DNA of 64,000 nt from an uncultured Verrucomicrobiae bacterium (GCA_963837955.1 CAWIPH010000002.1:576001-640000); one strand, 5' to 3'; positions 29,245 through 39,564 are shown, numbered from the stretch's first letter. Notes: a model not told the origin generated them from the sequence alone. Numbers and translations: made by a program.

Positions 29245-29973
29245 GTGACTAATTTTTTTCAGCCTCACCGAAATTTTGATCCTTCGGTCAGCGAAATCAT
29301 GGATCGCCCACAGCCGGCGTCGGACGATTTGCGGATCGATCTGGACAACATTGAAAAACTCAACCGACGTTTTGGGAGCTATGACCTGGTCCGTTATTTC
29401 CTGCGTCGATGGATTGCTCCTGGCGAATCGGTTTCACTACTGGATCTCTGCACAGCTTCCGGCGACATTCCCCGGTACGTCGCGGCTTGGTCGCGTGAAC
29501 AAAAATCGATGCTCAGAATTCACGCGATCGACTCCCAGCCTTCGACTCTCTCTATTGCGCGAGCCAAATCAACGTTTTATCCGGAGATCACGTACGCGGA
29601 GGCGGATGTACTTCAGTTTGTGCCAGAGGAACCGTTCGATATCGTTATTTGTTCCCTCGCTTTGCATCATTTCGCGCCTTCTGACGCGATAAATTTGCTT
29701 AAGAGAATCCGCAGGTTCGCCCGGCGCGGAGTCGTTGTGGCGGACTTGGCCCGTTCGGACTTCGGCATCGTCGGCGTCTATCTTCTCACCAAGACTCTAG
29801 TAAGACATCCGATGAACCAGTTTGACGCGCGCCTTTCGATGCAGCGCGCGTTTTCTTATCGGGAGTTAGCGGCAGTGGCCGAGGAAGCAGGTTGGTCCGG
29901 ATTTGGTCATCGCCGGTTTCCAGTGAACCGGCAGGCGATTTGGCTGGAGGGAGGAGCGTTGGCCCCGAATTGA
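29245..29973 (+). CDS. SAM-dependent methyltransferase
   Basis: LLDLCTASGD, FDIVICSLALHHF, DARLS..RAF; start uncertain (29197-29299). Confidence 0.85.
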   Translation: MTNFFQPHRNFDPSVSEIMDRPQPASDDLRIDLDNIEKLNRRFGSYDLVRYFLRRWIAPGESVSLLDLCTASGDIPRYVAAWSREQKSMLRIHAIDSQPSTLSIARAKSTFYPEITYAEADVLQFVPEEPFDIVICSLALHHFAPSDAINLLKRIRRFARRGVVVADLARSDFGIVGVYLLTKTLVRHPMNQFDARLSMQRAFSYRELAAVAEEAGWSGFGHRRFPVNRQAIWLEGGALAPN

Positions 29974-30036
29974 CGAATCGAATCCGACTCGCTTTAGTCA
30001 ACATTTGATCTCCTATGAACATCCGGATTCCTATAT

Positions 30037-30507
30037 TTGCTGCTGGCTTTCTTTCTTCCGGTCCGGATGTCTGCCGATACCGCGATCGATCTCAGCCGTT
30101 TTCAACCGCAGGTTGAAAAAGGGGCGCAGGCGGGCTCTGAGGTCGCGAACGATCCCGATGATGGTCGACCGGCATTAGTGGTCTCAGTATCAAAGCCTGG
30201 CCCCGAGTTCTGGAGCGTGGAGTTGCGAGCGCCTGGTTTCCAATTTCAGGCAGGTAAGCAATACGAGCTTAAGTTTCGAGCGAAAAGCTCACCAGCCGAG
30301 TACGTATATTTCGTCGCGGAAAAAGACTCAGGGAATCAGGAATCGATCGCTCTCGGTACGACGCTAAGAATCCCCGAACAATGGACGGATTGCACTGTCG
30401 TTTTAGACATGAAAGACGATGGCGCTCCAGGTCGGCTCACCATCAGCGATCTTTCCGTCGATCCTTCTAGCTTCCATTTCCGCGACTTTCAGCTGATCGA
30501 GAAATGA
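30037..30507 (+). CDS. Exported carbohydrate-binding (CBM4/9-like) domain protein
   Basis: 'W.V.L......AGK.YEL.FRAKS' beta-sandwich pattern; hydrophobic N-terminus; start uncertain. Confidence 0.55.
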   Translation: MLLAFFLPVRMSADTAIDLSRFQPQVEKGAQAGSEVANDPDDGRPALVVSVSKPGPEFWSVELRAPGFQFQAGKQYELKFRAKSSPAEYVYFVAEKDSGNQESIALGTTLRIPEQWTDCTVVLDMKDDGAPGRLTISDLSVDPSSFHFRDFQLIEK

Positions 30508-30705
30508 TTCAGAATCCAGAATCTGGATCGTAAGAGCTACGAGTCTCGAGCGTTGGGTCAATCGGGATCTTGCTATGGTGAGCCAATTACTTCGCGCAGG
30601 TATTCTGATGCGGCCGGCCAGGGTTTAAAGGGACAGTCGCCCCTACCGATCCGCGTTCCCAGCTCGCATTTTCTAAATTCTAGCTCCTAGCTTCTAAATT
30701 CTGCC
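30508..30705. repeat. Facing heptamer arrays with an internal GTAG-type REP half-site
   Basis: AGAATCC/T units at about 30511-30526; TTCTAAA/TTCTAGC units at 30671-30702; GTAGGGGCGACTGTCCC on the minus strand at 30630-30646. Confidence 0.55.
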
Positions 30706-30715
30706 TCTCGGAGAG

Positions 30716-31732
30716 CTACAAGTCTCGGATCCTCTCGACAACAATCGTCTGACGCTCTCGCAGCGATTGCTGTGTTGCGATTGACAGAGTCAGCGCTTCC
30801 AGCGCTCGCTGCGCGTCGATTAGCGCCAAGTCGCCTTTGCCGCGGATGCAGTTAACGAAGTGCCGCAATTCCTTCTCGTACGGATCGTGTCCTTGGATCG
30901 CGACGACCTCCGGCCGTCCACCGTCCCGAAACGACAGGAATGTGTTCTTGGGCGGGCCGTCACCCTCGAATACCGATTTAAGCTCGAAAGCGCATTTCTC
31001 GAACAGCACGCGAAAGCCCGCTGAAAAAGAAAAGGCTTTCGGCATCAGGCCACTGGCTAGAACCGTGGCGCTGCAACCGCTGTCATAGTCCAAGATTGCC
31101 GATATCTCTCCGGAGATGCCAGACTCCATCTGCACCGCCGTCGCCGAGACGCGCGTGGGCGTTCCGAGGAGCCATTGGATGAAATCGAATTCAAAGGTCA
31201 TCAGCTCCGTGGAGGGTTCGGTGTAATGCTCTTTGTGGCCCAAATCGCCGGGTCGGAGATAAGAGCCGAGCCGATAGGCTGTCACGCTGAGCATCTTCCC
31301 GCACTGGCCGGATGACGCAGCACGATGCACATGTTCATATTCTGCGATCGAGCGCAGCAGTAGCCCCACCAGGAGAATGCGCTTCGATTGTCTGGCAGCC
31401 TCGATCATGGCTTTGGCATCCCGCAGATGTAACGCGAAAGGCGTCTCGCAAAAAACATGTTTGCCGCGTTCCAAGGCTGCGATGACGAATTCAGCATGGT
31501 TCGCAGATGGCAGGCAAACATCGATGGCGTCTATGGTCGGATCATCGAGCAAAGCGTCGGCGTCGTTGACCGGCTTGGCGTCGCAAATCCTTGCGACGGC
31601 CTTGGCATGTTCGTAATCGCGACTGAACACGCCGGCGACCTCGACTTTCTCGATGGCCTTATAGGCAGATGCGTGTACTGAACCCATGGAGCCGCTGCCC
31701 AAAAGGGCAATTTTGAGTTTGGATTTGGACAT
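30716..31732 (-). CDS. Gfo/Idh/MocA family oxidoreductase
   Basis: KIALLGSGSMG..H, IDAIDVCLP...H, GKHVFCETP. Confidence 0.9.
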   Translation of the reverse strand: MSKSKLKIALLGSGSMGSVHASAYKAIEKVEVAGVFSRDYEHAKAVARICDAKPVNDADALLDDPTIDAIDVCLPSANHAEFVIAALERGKHVFCETPFALHLRDAKAMIEAARQSKRILLVGLLLRSIAEYEHVHRAASSGQCGKMLSVTAYRLGSYLRPGDLGHKEHYTEPSTELMTFEFDFIQWLLGTPTRVSATAVQMESGISGEISAILDYDSGCSATVLASGLMPKAFSFSAGFRVLFEKCAFELKSVFEGDGPPKNTFLSFRDGGRPEVVAIQGHDPYEKELRHFVNCIRGKGDLALIDAQRALEALTLSIATQQSLRERQTIVVERIRDL

Positions 31733-31815
31733 AGCGAGCGTGAATGTTTGCTCTACAAATCGGCACGGTCAGCGAAGGCCGGACGAGGTCGCCGCGGCGT
31801 TCTAAATTCTAAATT

Positions 31816-33219
31816 CTAGCTTCTGGCATCCAGCTTCCGCCTCTCCGCCAAATATTCTTGGGCCAAGTCGCTCCGCTTCAATTTACCCCGCGCATTGACG
31901 GGAAGAGAAGCCACGATTTTAAAATCGCGCGGCACTTGCCAGTCGGCCAATTCAACTCGGCAATGCATCTCCAGCTGTTGCCGGTTAATCGCTCCCTGCG
32001 TGAGAACTAGTGCGACGGGATCTTCATTGCGAATCGGTGATGGCACCCCGAAGACGATCACATCGATGATTCCAGGCAGCTTGCGGAGGTGTTCTTCTAT
32101 GACCGACGGATGGACTTTTTTACCGGCAACGTTGATCGAATCGGACGCACGACCGTAGAGTTGAGCGCCTGATTCCAGCCATCGCACCAGGTCTCCAGGA
32201 ACGAAGCGTTTGCCGTCGAGGACCTCAGGCTCTGGATCGGGAAAATAGCCGTCGCCGACATTCGGACCATAAACTTCGATCCGGTCATTCTCTCCACGGC
32301 GGATCTCAACCCCATCCATCGGGGTCCCCACAAAGCCTGAGGGAGCATCCAGTTTTCCTGCGCGATCAAACGCTATTCCACCGCACTCTGAAGAGCCGTA
32401 GAAACTGTGGATGGGGAGCCTATAACGAAGATGAAATTGCCGAATCGTCTCCGCCGGCAGCGGAGCTCCAGCCGAAATACAAAGCCGAACCGAGCCGAGC
32501 GCATCAGGATCATCCAAAGCGCTCAGTGCGTGAAAAATCGCCGGAGTGGCTGGAAGGACGGTCGCTTTGGAGTGTTGCAAGTTCTTGCGAATTGCCCGCG
32601 GCAACCGGTCACTGGAGCAGACTAGAGAAGTGCCTTGATAGAGGAGTGGGGTGATCAAGTTGTTGAACCCGTATGAATGAGCGAATGGAATCACTCCGAA
32701 ATTGATATCGTCAGGTCGCAGCTCCATGGTTCGACAGATATGGCGGCAATCGGCCAAGAGCTGGTTCGCTCGGAATCGGACCGCTCGGGGTAGCGCGGTG
32801 GTTCCGGAGGTCAGCTTAAGAAAGTCGGGACGCGGGTCGATCCAATCGACCGGAGCGAAATCGAGTTGCTCAACGGCGCCTTGGCGAACAATGCCTTGTG
32901 CCTGGATTACCTGCAGGATTTTCTCAAGCGCAGAGCTTGCGGCCTCTGGCTCTAGCGGGGCCATAATGAGTTTGAGGTCGAGGCAGGCAAGGAATAATGC
33001 TGGCCAAACCGGCTCATTGCCGACCTGAACAAGCACCACCGATCCTGGCGCAAAGGCTGATGCCAGCCTCTTCCGCCATCCTTGACGTTCCGATTCGATA
33101 TCCGCGAAGGTTCGAATGGTTTGTCCGTCCTCAGAGAAGATTGCTGTCTCAGAACCGCGCGCCTCGAGCACGATCTGCCAGGAAGGTAAGAAACTTGGAT
33201 CCACTTGCGTCAACTGCAC
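31816..33219 (-). CDS. AMP-binding acyl-CoA synthetase family protein
   Basis: TSGTT..PR, SAGAPL, FYGSSECG, GD, GR..D.IN.AG.KV.P, GKL.R. Confidence 0.9.
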   Translation of the reverse strand: MQLTQVDPSFLPSWQIVLEARGSETAIFSEDGQTIRTFADIESERQGWRKRLASAFAPGSVVLVQVGNEPVWPALFLACLDLKLIMAPLEPEAASSALEKILQVIQAQGIVRQGAVEQLDFAPVDWIDPRPDFLKLTSGTTALPRAVRFRANQLLADCRHICRTMELRPDDINFGVIPFAHSYGFNNLITPLLYQGTSLVCSSDRLPRAIRKNLQHSKATVLPATPAIFHALSALDDPDALGSVRLCISAGAPLPAETIRQFHLRYRLPIHSFYGSSECGGIAFDRAGKLDAPSGFVGTPMDGVEIRRGENDRIEVYGPNVGDGYFPDPEPEVLDGKRFVPGDLVRWLESGAQLYGRASDSINVAGKKVHPSVIEEHLRKLPGIIDVIVFGVPSPIRNEDPVALVLTQGAINRQQLEMHCRVELADWQVPRDFKIVASLPVNARGKLKRSDLAQEYLAERRKLDARS

Positions 33220-33246
33220 ACTGTGTTACTCTAAACGTCTTTCGAT

Positions 33247-33471
33247 ATGAAGGCAGACATTCATCCCAACTATCAAGAGACAACGATCGTTTGCGCTTGT
33301 GGCGCGGTGTATCACACTCGATCGACTCGCCGGGATATCAAAATCGGTATCTGTGCCGCTTGCCATCCCTTTTTCACCGGAGAACAGAAGTTTGTCGACA
33401 CTGCTGGACGCGTCGAAAAATTCGCGCGCCGGTACGGTAAGACCCTCCTTTCCAAAGGCAAGGATAAGTAA
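33247..33471 (+). CDS. rpmE: 50S ribosomal protein L31 (Zn-binding form)
   Basis: [29 protein letters not shown]. Confidence 0.97.
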   Translation: MKADIHPNYQETTIVCACGAVYHTRSTRRDIKIGICAACHPFFTGEQKFVDTAGRVEKFARRYGKTLLSKGKDK

Positions 33472-33513
33472 CGACACGCCTTGGCCTTCGGTCCCTCACG
33501 ACCGTAGGATTTT

Positions 33514-34602
33514 ATGGATTTCGCTCCACTCGTTGAGCAAAAACGGCGTCGGTTTCAGGAATTGGAAACCGAAATCGCGGCTCCGTCGCTCTTTGAAAAT
33601 CCGAAGCGCGCCCGAGAAGTCATGCGTGAGCATTCGCGCGTTAAGCGCTTGCTCGATGACTGGACATCCCTGCAAAAGGCGGAGAAAGAGCTTGAGGAAC
33701 ACCGCGAACTCGCGGCCTCCACTGATCCTGATCTCGCGGAGCTGGCGGCTTCCGAGATTCCGGCTTTAGAGAAAAGAGCGGAGGACCTGGGTAAGACTGT
33801 GCAATTCGCCCTTCTTCCGCCAGAGCCGCATGAAGACCGCGACGCGATTGTGGAGATCCGCGCTGGCGCAGGCGGTAACGAAGCCGCCCTGTTCGCAGCA
33901 GAATTATGCCGAATGTATTGCCGTTTTGCTGAGGCTCGAGGGTATAAGGTTGAAGAATTGGAGAGCAGCCCATCCGAACTCGGCGGTCTCAAGGAAGTAA
34001 TTTTTCGAGTCGGCGGTGAGAACGTCTTCCGCGGGCTTCGGTACGAGAGTGGAGTGCATCGGGTGCAACGTGTCCCAGTGACAGAGGCGCAGGGAAGGGT
34101 TCATACATCAACAGCGACGGTCGCGGTCCTGCCTGAAGCCGAGGAAGTTGATATCGAGATTAGGCCGGAAGATCTCCGAATCGAGGTTTGCCGATCAGGC
34201 GGGCCCGGTGGACAGGGCGTCAACACGACTGATTCGGCTGTTCAGATATTGCATATCCCAACCCATACCATCGTCCGTTGTCAGGACGGCCGAAGTCAGC
34301 AGAAGAACAAAGAAAAGGCGCTCGCTATTTTGCGTTCACGTCTTCTGGAAAAGAAGGAGCAGGAGGAAGCCGAAAAATATTCTGCCCATCGCAAGAGCCT
34401 CATTGGTTCCGGCGGTCGCGAGGAAAAGATTCGGACCTACAATTTTCCGCAAAACCGTGTGACCGATCATCGGATCGGCCTCACCCTTTACAACCTTGAT
34501 CTATTTATTGAGGGCCAAATGGACGAAATGCTTTCGGCGTTGCAAAATAGCGACTTGGAGCAGCGCCTCAAGGAAGCTGGCCTGGAACCGATCCCCGCCT
34601 GA
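33514..34602 (+). CDS. prfA: Peptide chain release factor 1
   Basis: EIRAG.GG.EA, ESGVHRVQRVPVT (PxT motif), GGQ, IRTYNFPQ. Confidence 0.97.
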   Translation: MDFAPLVEQKRRRFQELETEIAAPSLFENPKRAREVMREHSRVKRLLDDWTSLQKAEKELEEHRELAASTDPDLAELAASEIPALEKRAEDLGKTVQFALLPPEPHEDRDAIVEIRAGAGGNEAALFAAELCRMYCRFAEARGYKVEELESSPSELGGLKEVIFRVGGENVFRGLRYESGVHRVQRVPVTEAQGRVHTSTATVAVLPEAEEVDIEIRPEDLRIEVCRSGGPGGQGVNTTDSAVQILHIPTHTIVRCQDGRSQQKNKEKALAILRSRLLEKKEQEEAEKYSAHRKSLIGSGGREEKIRTYNFPQNRVTDHRIGLTLYNLDLFIEGQMDEMLSALQNSDLEQRLKEAGLEPIPA

Positions 34603-34763
34603 AACGACGTAGTCCCCCAAAACCCACAAACTACGGCGGACAAGCTCAGGAATCGGATTGGTGGGAGAGTGAATAGTGATTGGTATTAGTTGTCACGCGC
34701 GGATTTTCCGATGGACGCCCCACCACTCACCTTTCATTTTTTACCAACCACCTTTGAGTAACG

Positions 34764-35609
34764 GTGACCGTTCTCCAGGTACTGCAAAACACAGCCGATT
34801 TTCTGGCTCGAAAAGGCATCGAGTCACCCCGGCTCAACATCGAATATCTCCTCGCCGATACGCTCGGTAAGCGGCGCATCGATCTCTATCTGGAGTTCGA
34901 CCGAGCGCTATCCGAAGAGGAACTGGCGCCGTTGCGCGTTAAAGTGCGTCGCCGCGTCGACGGAGAACCCTTGCAATACCTCCTCGGTTCTTGGGATTTC
35001 TTCGGCCGGCCTTTCCGGACGGATCAGCGAGCTTTAATTCCCCGGCCGGAGACCGAAATCCTGGTCGAGATCGCGCTGAAGGTAATCCGCCGGCAGCCAA
35101 ACTCACGAAATCGCCTGCTGGATATCGGCACGGGATCGGGGGTCTTGGCGATCACCTTTGCGCTCGAATGCCCGAACCTCCAAGTCGTTGGTTCAGATAT
35201 TTCGCCGTTGGCCCTTAACCTGGCTCGTGAGAACGCCGAGAAGCAACAGCTGGATCATCGAGTTGAGTGGGTCGAATCGGACTTGGTCGACTCGGTCGCG
35301 GGAACTTTCGACTTCTTGGTAGCTAATTTGCCCTACATTCCGTCGGGCGAATTGCCAACGCTCGCGCGTGAGGTCCAGCACGATCCACGATTGGCTTTGG
35401 ATGGAGGAACAGACGGTTTAGCTGTCATCCGCCGACTGTTGCAAGACGCGCCCAAAATTTTGGCGAAAGACTCTTTCCTAATTCTCGAGGTTGGATTTAA
35501 TCAAGCAGACCAGGTAATCGACCTGATGGCTGCACAAAAATTTCGCGACATTTCGGTTGAAAACGATTACCAAGGAGTGCGGCGCTTCGTGACCGCTTGG
35601 TATGGATAA
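34764..35609 (+). CDS. prmC: Release factor glutamine methyltransferase
   Basis: GEPLQY, LIPRPETE, DIGTGSG, NLPY; follows prfA. Confidence 0.95.
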   Translation: MTVLQVLQNTADFLARKGIESPRLNIEYLLADTLGKRRIDLYLEFDRALSEEELAPLRVKVRRRVDGEPLQYLLGSWDFFGRPFRTDQRALIPRPETEILVEIALKVIRRQPNSRNRLLDIGTGSGVLAITFALECPNLQVVGSDISPLALNLARENAEKQQLDHRVEWVESDLVDSVAGTFDFLVANLPYIPSGELPTLAREVQHDPRLALDGGTDGLAVIRRLLQDAPKILAKDSFLILEVGFNQADQVIDLMAAQKFRDISVENDYQGVRRFVTAWYG

Positions 35610-36861
35610 GATCATCGTGCATGGCGGCCGAGCTTTGGCAGGGACGGTTAAGATTAGCGGATCAAAAAACTCCGCTTTGCCCATCCTGGCCGCAACTTTG
35701 CTGACTAAGGAACCGTGTGTCATCCACCGAGTTCCCGATCTTAGCGACGTGCATTACATGTTGCAGATCCTCAATCATTTGGGTGCTGAGGTAGAAAGAG
35801 CGAGTGGCGTGGTCACGGTGAAAGCAGAAAAGGTGAGCACCGTCGCGCCCTACGACGTAGTTCGAAAGATGCGCGCTTCGGTCTGCGTGCTGGGCCCGCT
35901 TTTGGGAAGAGAAAATGAGGCGACCGTCTCGCTTCCTGGCGGATGCGTGATTGGCGACCGTCCGATCGATCTCCATCTGCGCGGTTTTGAATCTTTGGGA
36001 GCAGCCGTCCGGGTCCACGCAGGAGATGTCAAGGTTTTCGCCTCTCAGCTTCGGGGCGCGAGTATTTCGCTCAAGGGCAAGTTTGGTTCAACCGTGCTCG
36101 GTACCGATAACGTCGTGATGGCGGCGGTTTTAGCCGACGGAGTCACGGTTATACAGGATGCTGCTTCGGAGCCGGAAGTCGTCGATCTCGCGAATTTCCT
36201 CAACAAGATGGGCGCCAAAATCGAAGGTGCTGGCACCTCCAGAATTGTCATTGAAGGCGTGCCGGAGCTACACGGTGCAGAACACGAGGTGATCCCTGAT
36301 CGCATTGAAGCTGGTACATTTTTGATCGCGGGTGCAATCGCCGGCAAGGAGGTAACTATCACCCGAGCCAACCGGCAACACCTTGCCGCGGTTACCTGCG
36401 CGCTTGAATCGTCTGGATACAAGATATCTGGCAACAACGGTTCTTTAACCATTCAACCAAATGGTGTGCTCCGGCCTCTCAGTTTACGAACTGAACCGTA
36501 TCCGGGTTTTCCGACCGATATGCAGGCACAGATGTGTGCCTTGCTCGCCACAGCAGAGGGTGATAGCGCCGTGACCGAAAATATTTTCCCGCAACGGTTC
36601 ATGCACATTTCTGAGCTTAAGCGTATGGGCGCAACGATCGAACTCGATGGCGCGACCGCGAAAATAAGTGGAGTGGAGGTACTGAGTGGCGCCCCTGTGA
36701 TGGCTAGTGATTTACGTGCTTCTGCAGCGCTCGTCTTGGCCGGCCTCAAAGCTGAGGGAATGACCGAGATCAACCGTGTTTATCATATCGATCGCGGCTA
36801 CGAACTGATAGACGAGAAGTTGGGCGGCTTAGGCGCCCACATCGAGCGAGTCAAGGTTTAG
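35602..36861 (+). CDS. murA: UDP-N-acetylglucosamine 1-carboxyvinyltransferase
   Basis: SGSKNSALP, MRAS, PGGC.IG.RP.DLH, PDRIEAGT, PGFPTDMQAQ, DLRA. Confidence 0.97.
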   Translation: MDKIIVHGGRALAGTVKISGSKNSALPILAATLLTKEPCVIHRVPDLSDVHYMLQILNHLGAEVERASGVVTVKAEKVSTVAPYDVVRKMRASVCVLGPLLGRENEATVSLPGGCVIGDRPIDLHLRGFESLGAAVRVHAGDVKVFASQLRGASISLKGKFGSTVLGTDNVVMAAVLADGVTVIQDAASEPEVVDLANFLNKMGAKIEGAGTSRIVIEGVPELHGAEHEVIPDRIEAGTFLIAGAIAGKEVTITRANRQHLAAVTCALESSGYKISGNNGSLTIQPNGVLRPLSLRTEPYPGFPTDMQAQMCALLATAEGDSAVTENIFPQRFMHISELKRMGATIELDGATAKISGVEVLSGAPVMASDLRASAALVLAGLKAEGMTEINRVYHIDRGYELIDEKLGGLGAHIERVKV

Positions 36862-36907
36862 GGGACCGCAAATCGGACAGAGCATGCTGTCTGAAATTCA
36901 AAATGCC

Positions 36908-37702
36908 ATGCGACTCTTTCTCGGCTTGCTAATGGTTTCCGTGACCGCGTTGCAGATTTGTCCTGCCCAAACCGAGCAATCGATCACCGGTAAATCTGCC
37001 AGCGGGAAAATTGATTGGGAAATTCGGCCGCCAGCGGACAATCGAAGCCAGTCGACCATTTGGCTGTGGCCAAATGGCCAGAAAGATAAGATCGCACAGC
37101 TGGGTGACGCAGATTATGCGTCACCTCAAAATATTGTATTTAGCGCAGATGACGCCTGGATCGTTGTTACGCGTCACCTCAGCAGTGGTAATTATTTTTC
37201 TTTTTACCGGAGAGAATCAGATGGCAGGTACACCGAGGATAAGTCCGCCGAGGATCCCTTTGAGAAAGGCGAAATCGAAAAAGCGGCCACCTCTGAAGAG
37301 ATCGATCGGTCGTCTTTCACGTTCATGCAATGGGCGGACGGCTTTGGTCCATATGGATTCATTTTCGCATTAAGCGCTCGGCTGTCGCGCCGGGGTCCAG
37401 ACAGCTTCTTCATGCAGTTCGGCGGGTGGCGCGGCGTTTTTGATCTGCAAAAGCGCGCGGTAGTAAAGATGTTAGAACCTGGTAAGGTCCGCACCGCCAG
37501 CGAGACTTGGGAAGAGGCGCTGAACGAGGACTATCGCAAACTTCGGGATCTTCTCGATGCGACGGGTAGAGAAGACCTGCGAGCTGAGGAGCGCGCGTGG
37601 TTGAAGAAACGAGATTCAATCAAGAGCGCTCAGGAAAGGGCGGAATTTACAGGTGCACGAGTGAACGAGCTAGAAAATAAGATAAGTAATCTTAAAAAAT
37701 GA
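36908..37702 (+). CDS. Exported protein with C-terminal LprI/DUF1311-like domain
   Basis: Signal peptide; C-terminal 'LN..Y..L...L......LR.E.RAWL..RD'. Confidence 0.6.
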   Translation: MRLFLGLLMVSVTALQICPAQTEQSITGKSASGKIDWEIRPPADNRSQSTIWLWPNGQKDKIAQLGDADYASPQNIVFSADDAWIVVTRHLSSGNYFSFYRRESDGRYTEDKSAEDPFEKGEIEKAATSEEIDRSSFTFMQWADGFGPYGFIFALSARLSRRGPDSFFMQFGGWRGVFDLQKRAVVKMLEPGKVRTASETWEEALNEDYRKLRDLLDATGREDLRAEERAWLKKRDSIKSAQERAEFTGARVNELENKISNLKK

Positions 37703-37796
37703 ATAGCACTGCCTGGACCGAATCATTGGACGGTGGGGATCTGGTTACTACTACCGGCCGCTGTTCGGCTCGTTGATGGGTTAAGGAAGGGCAGTC

Positions 37797-37998
37797 GTCC
37801 CGGCTTGTCCGCCGTAGCCTGGAGATCGCCTTCGCTGTTCGAGCTACGGCGCGAAGGAGGGAGGGACTCAATGAAAGTAGCCCAGTACGAAGTGCTGGGG
37901 TGGCGTTCAAAGGACCGACCCGTCCCGGCCTGTCCGCCGTAGTCAGGATGACGAAGGAGGAACGGGACGATCGATGGCTCTTTACGCTGGTGAAGCTG
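37797..37998. repeat. Partial REP/REPIN-like element carrying nested insertions of a second repeat family
   Basis: Matches the left half of the 46.3 kb element (GAAAGTAGCCCAGTACGAAGTGCTGGG ... TTACGCTGGTGAAGCTG), with inserts at 37804-37861 and 37929-37961. Confidence 0.85.
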
Positions 37999-38037
37999 TC
38001 GCAGTCGGAACGCACCGATTACCGACGCCAAACGGAT

Positions 38038-39444
38038 TTATCGCGAGATCAACGAATCGCGGTCACGATTTCGGATTGAGCCTTTTCTTTCCCCGCGCGA
38101 CTCGCGTCGCAGCGACCGCATCCAGGAACGCACTAACCGCCGCAGGAATCGTCGGTCGTCATGCGAAAGCGCCGCAAGCTGGCGATTCACTCTGGCTTCC
38201 CGCTTCACTCGTTCCAGGCGATGTGGAAGGAAGTCTATGCCAATACCAATCGCACCAGCAGTTCCCAATAAAAAGGCGGCTCCCAAGGCATTGTGACCAT
38301 GCCAGTTAACTAAGAACGCAAGCCAGAAAAACCGGCTGAACGTTCTGAATGCACCATTAACGACTAACTCTGCTACGTCGGAAGCGGTCAGCTGGATCGT
38401 TTCTGGCTCGCGCTCCAGCAGCGCACCAGGCTCTCGTGTGACGGGAGTCCTGTTCTCACCAACCGGCGACAAGGAGCGGGCACCGACCGGCCGATTCGGC
38501 ATGTCGGACGCCGCTTCCAGTGTGTCTGGCTGTTTTGCGTCGTCGGATCCTCGGGCGGCGGGGATGGTGAGCCCGCGCTGTTTCCCAACCGTTTGCGACG
38601 GTTCCGCTGGATCTGAAGCTTTCTCCCAGCGCTCGATTTCCTCTTTCCTCCAGCGCTCGGTATAATCCGCTCGTAAGAGACCTCCAAGGAGCGCCTTCCA
38701 ACGCGCCGGCAGCGCCTCGGGAATTTCTATTTTCCCGCTGGCAACCCGATACAGCTGCTGTTTGACATCCAGGCCTTCCAGCGGTCGTCGGCCCGTCAAT
38801 GCTTCCAGTAATACGGTCCCTAGGCTCCAGTAGTCAGCCGCTTCAGATTGGATCCCTGTCACCGCCTCGGGGGAAGAGTACGCGACCGTGCCAACGGTGC
38901 CGGTTAAAAGTGTCTGATACGCGCCGAGCCGCGCTGTTCCAAAATCTGCCAAGGCAACTTGGAGAGGTGATTCTCGAATGATGAAAATATTTGTAGGCTT
39001 AATATCCCGATGCAAGACGTGCTGGCTGTGCAAATAATGAACAACATCCGAAAGTTGATTGAGGATCACTTCGACTTCTGCCTCCGCGAGTCTTCCGCGG
39101 CGCTGGATGAGATCGGCTAAGGTTCCTCCGGAAACAAAAGGGCTGATCTCAAAGTAGCGTCCTTGAACTTCTCCGGCCTCAATAACGGGAACGAGATTGG
39201 GATGGCGAAGCGCGCATTTCTGGCTCTCCTCAACCAAACCAGGAATTCGGCCGTGCCGATAAATCTTAACTGCTACTTGTTCACCGTTTGCCCGTTCACC
39301 GAGCCAGATATCTGATTCGGCCGAATGGTTACTAATTAACGAGATTAGCCGCGTCTCACCGATCGCGTGAATATCAGGAGGGAGCCTGGCGGAAGAAGGC
39401 TCAATCGGGATAGTCGCTTTGATCGGTGACTCCTGCTCCGGCAT
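38038..39444 (-). CDS. Hanks-type Ser/Thr protein kinase with C-terminal membrane segments
   Basis: VAVK, HPNLV, HRDIKPTN, DFG, GT.AY.SPE, DYWSLG; disordered linker followed by hydrophobic helices. Confidence 0.9.
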   Translation of the reverse strand: MPEQESPIKATIPIEPSSARLPPDIHAIGETRLISLISNHSAESDIWLGERANGEQVAVKIYRHGRIPGLVEESQKCALRHPNLVPVIEAGEVQGRYFEISPFVSGGTLADLIQRRGRLAEAEVEVILNQLSDVVHYLHSQHVLHRDIKPTNIFIIRESPLQVALADFGTARLGAYQTLLTGTVGTVAYSSPEAVTGIQSEAADYWSLGTVLLEALTGRRPLEGLDVKQQLYRVASGKIEIPEALPARWKALLGGLLRADYTERWRKEEIERWEKASDPAEPSQTVGKQRGLTIPAARGSDDAKQPDTLEAASDMPNRPVGARSLSPVGENRTPVTREPGALLEREPETIQLTASDVAELVVNGAFRTFSRFFWLAFLVNWHGHNALGAAFLLGTAGAIGIGIDFLPHRLERVKREARVNRQLAALSHDDRRFLRRLVRSWMRSLRRESRGERKGSIRNRDRDSLISR

Positions 39445-39564
39445 GAGAAAAGCTTCTCCAGCGGAGGGAAACTCGTCAACGAACAGTTTCTGGCATCGAG
39501 CACCGCTTGTGTACGCTTGCCGAATGACGCGCATTGTCGCATGCTTGTCCGATCCGATCTGCTA

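Noticed and set aside
29197..33219. Secondary-metabolite cluster (methyltransferase, oxidoreductase, acyl-CoA ligase)
   Set aside because: Mixed orientation, separated by repeats, and no ACP, PKS or NRPS core.
37692..38031. Small ORFs overlapping the repeat region (also 46341-46586)
   Set aside because: They are translations of palindromic repeats, not genes.
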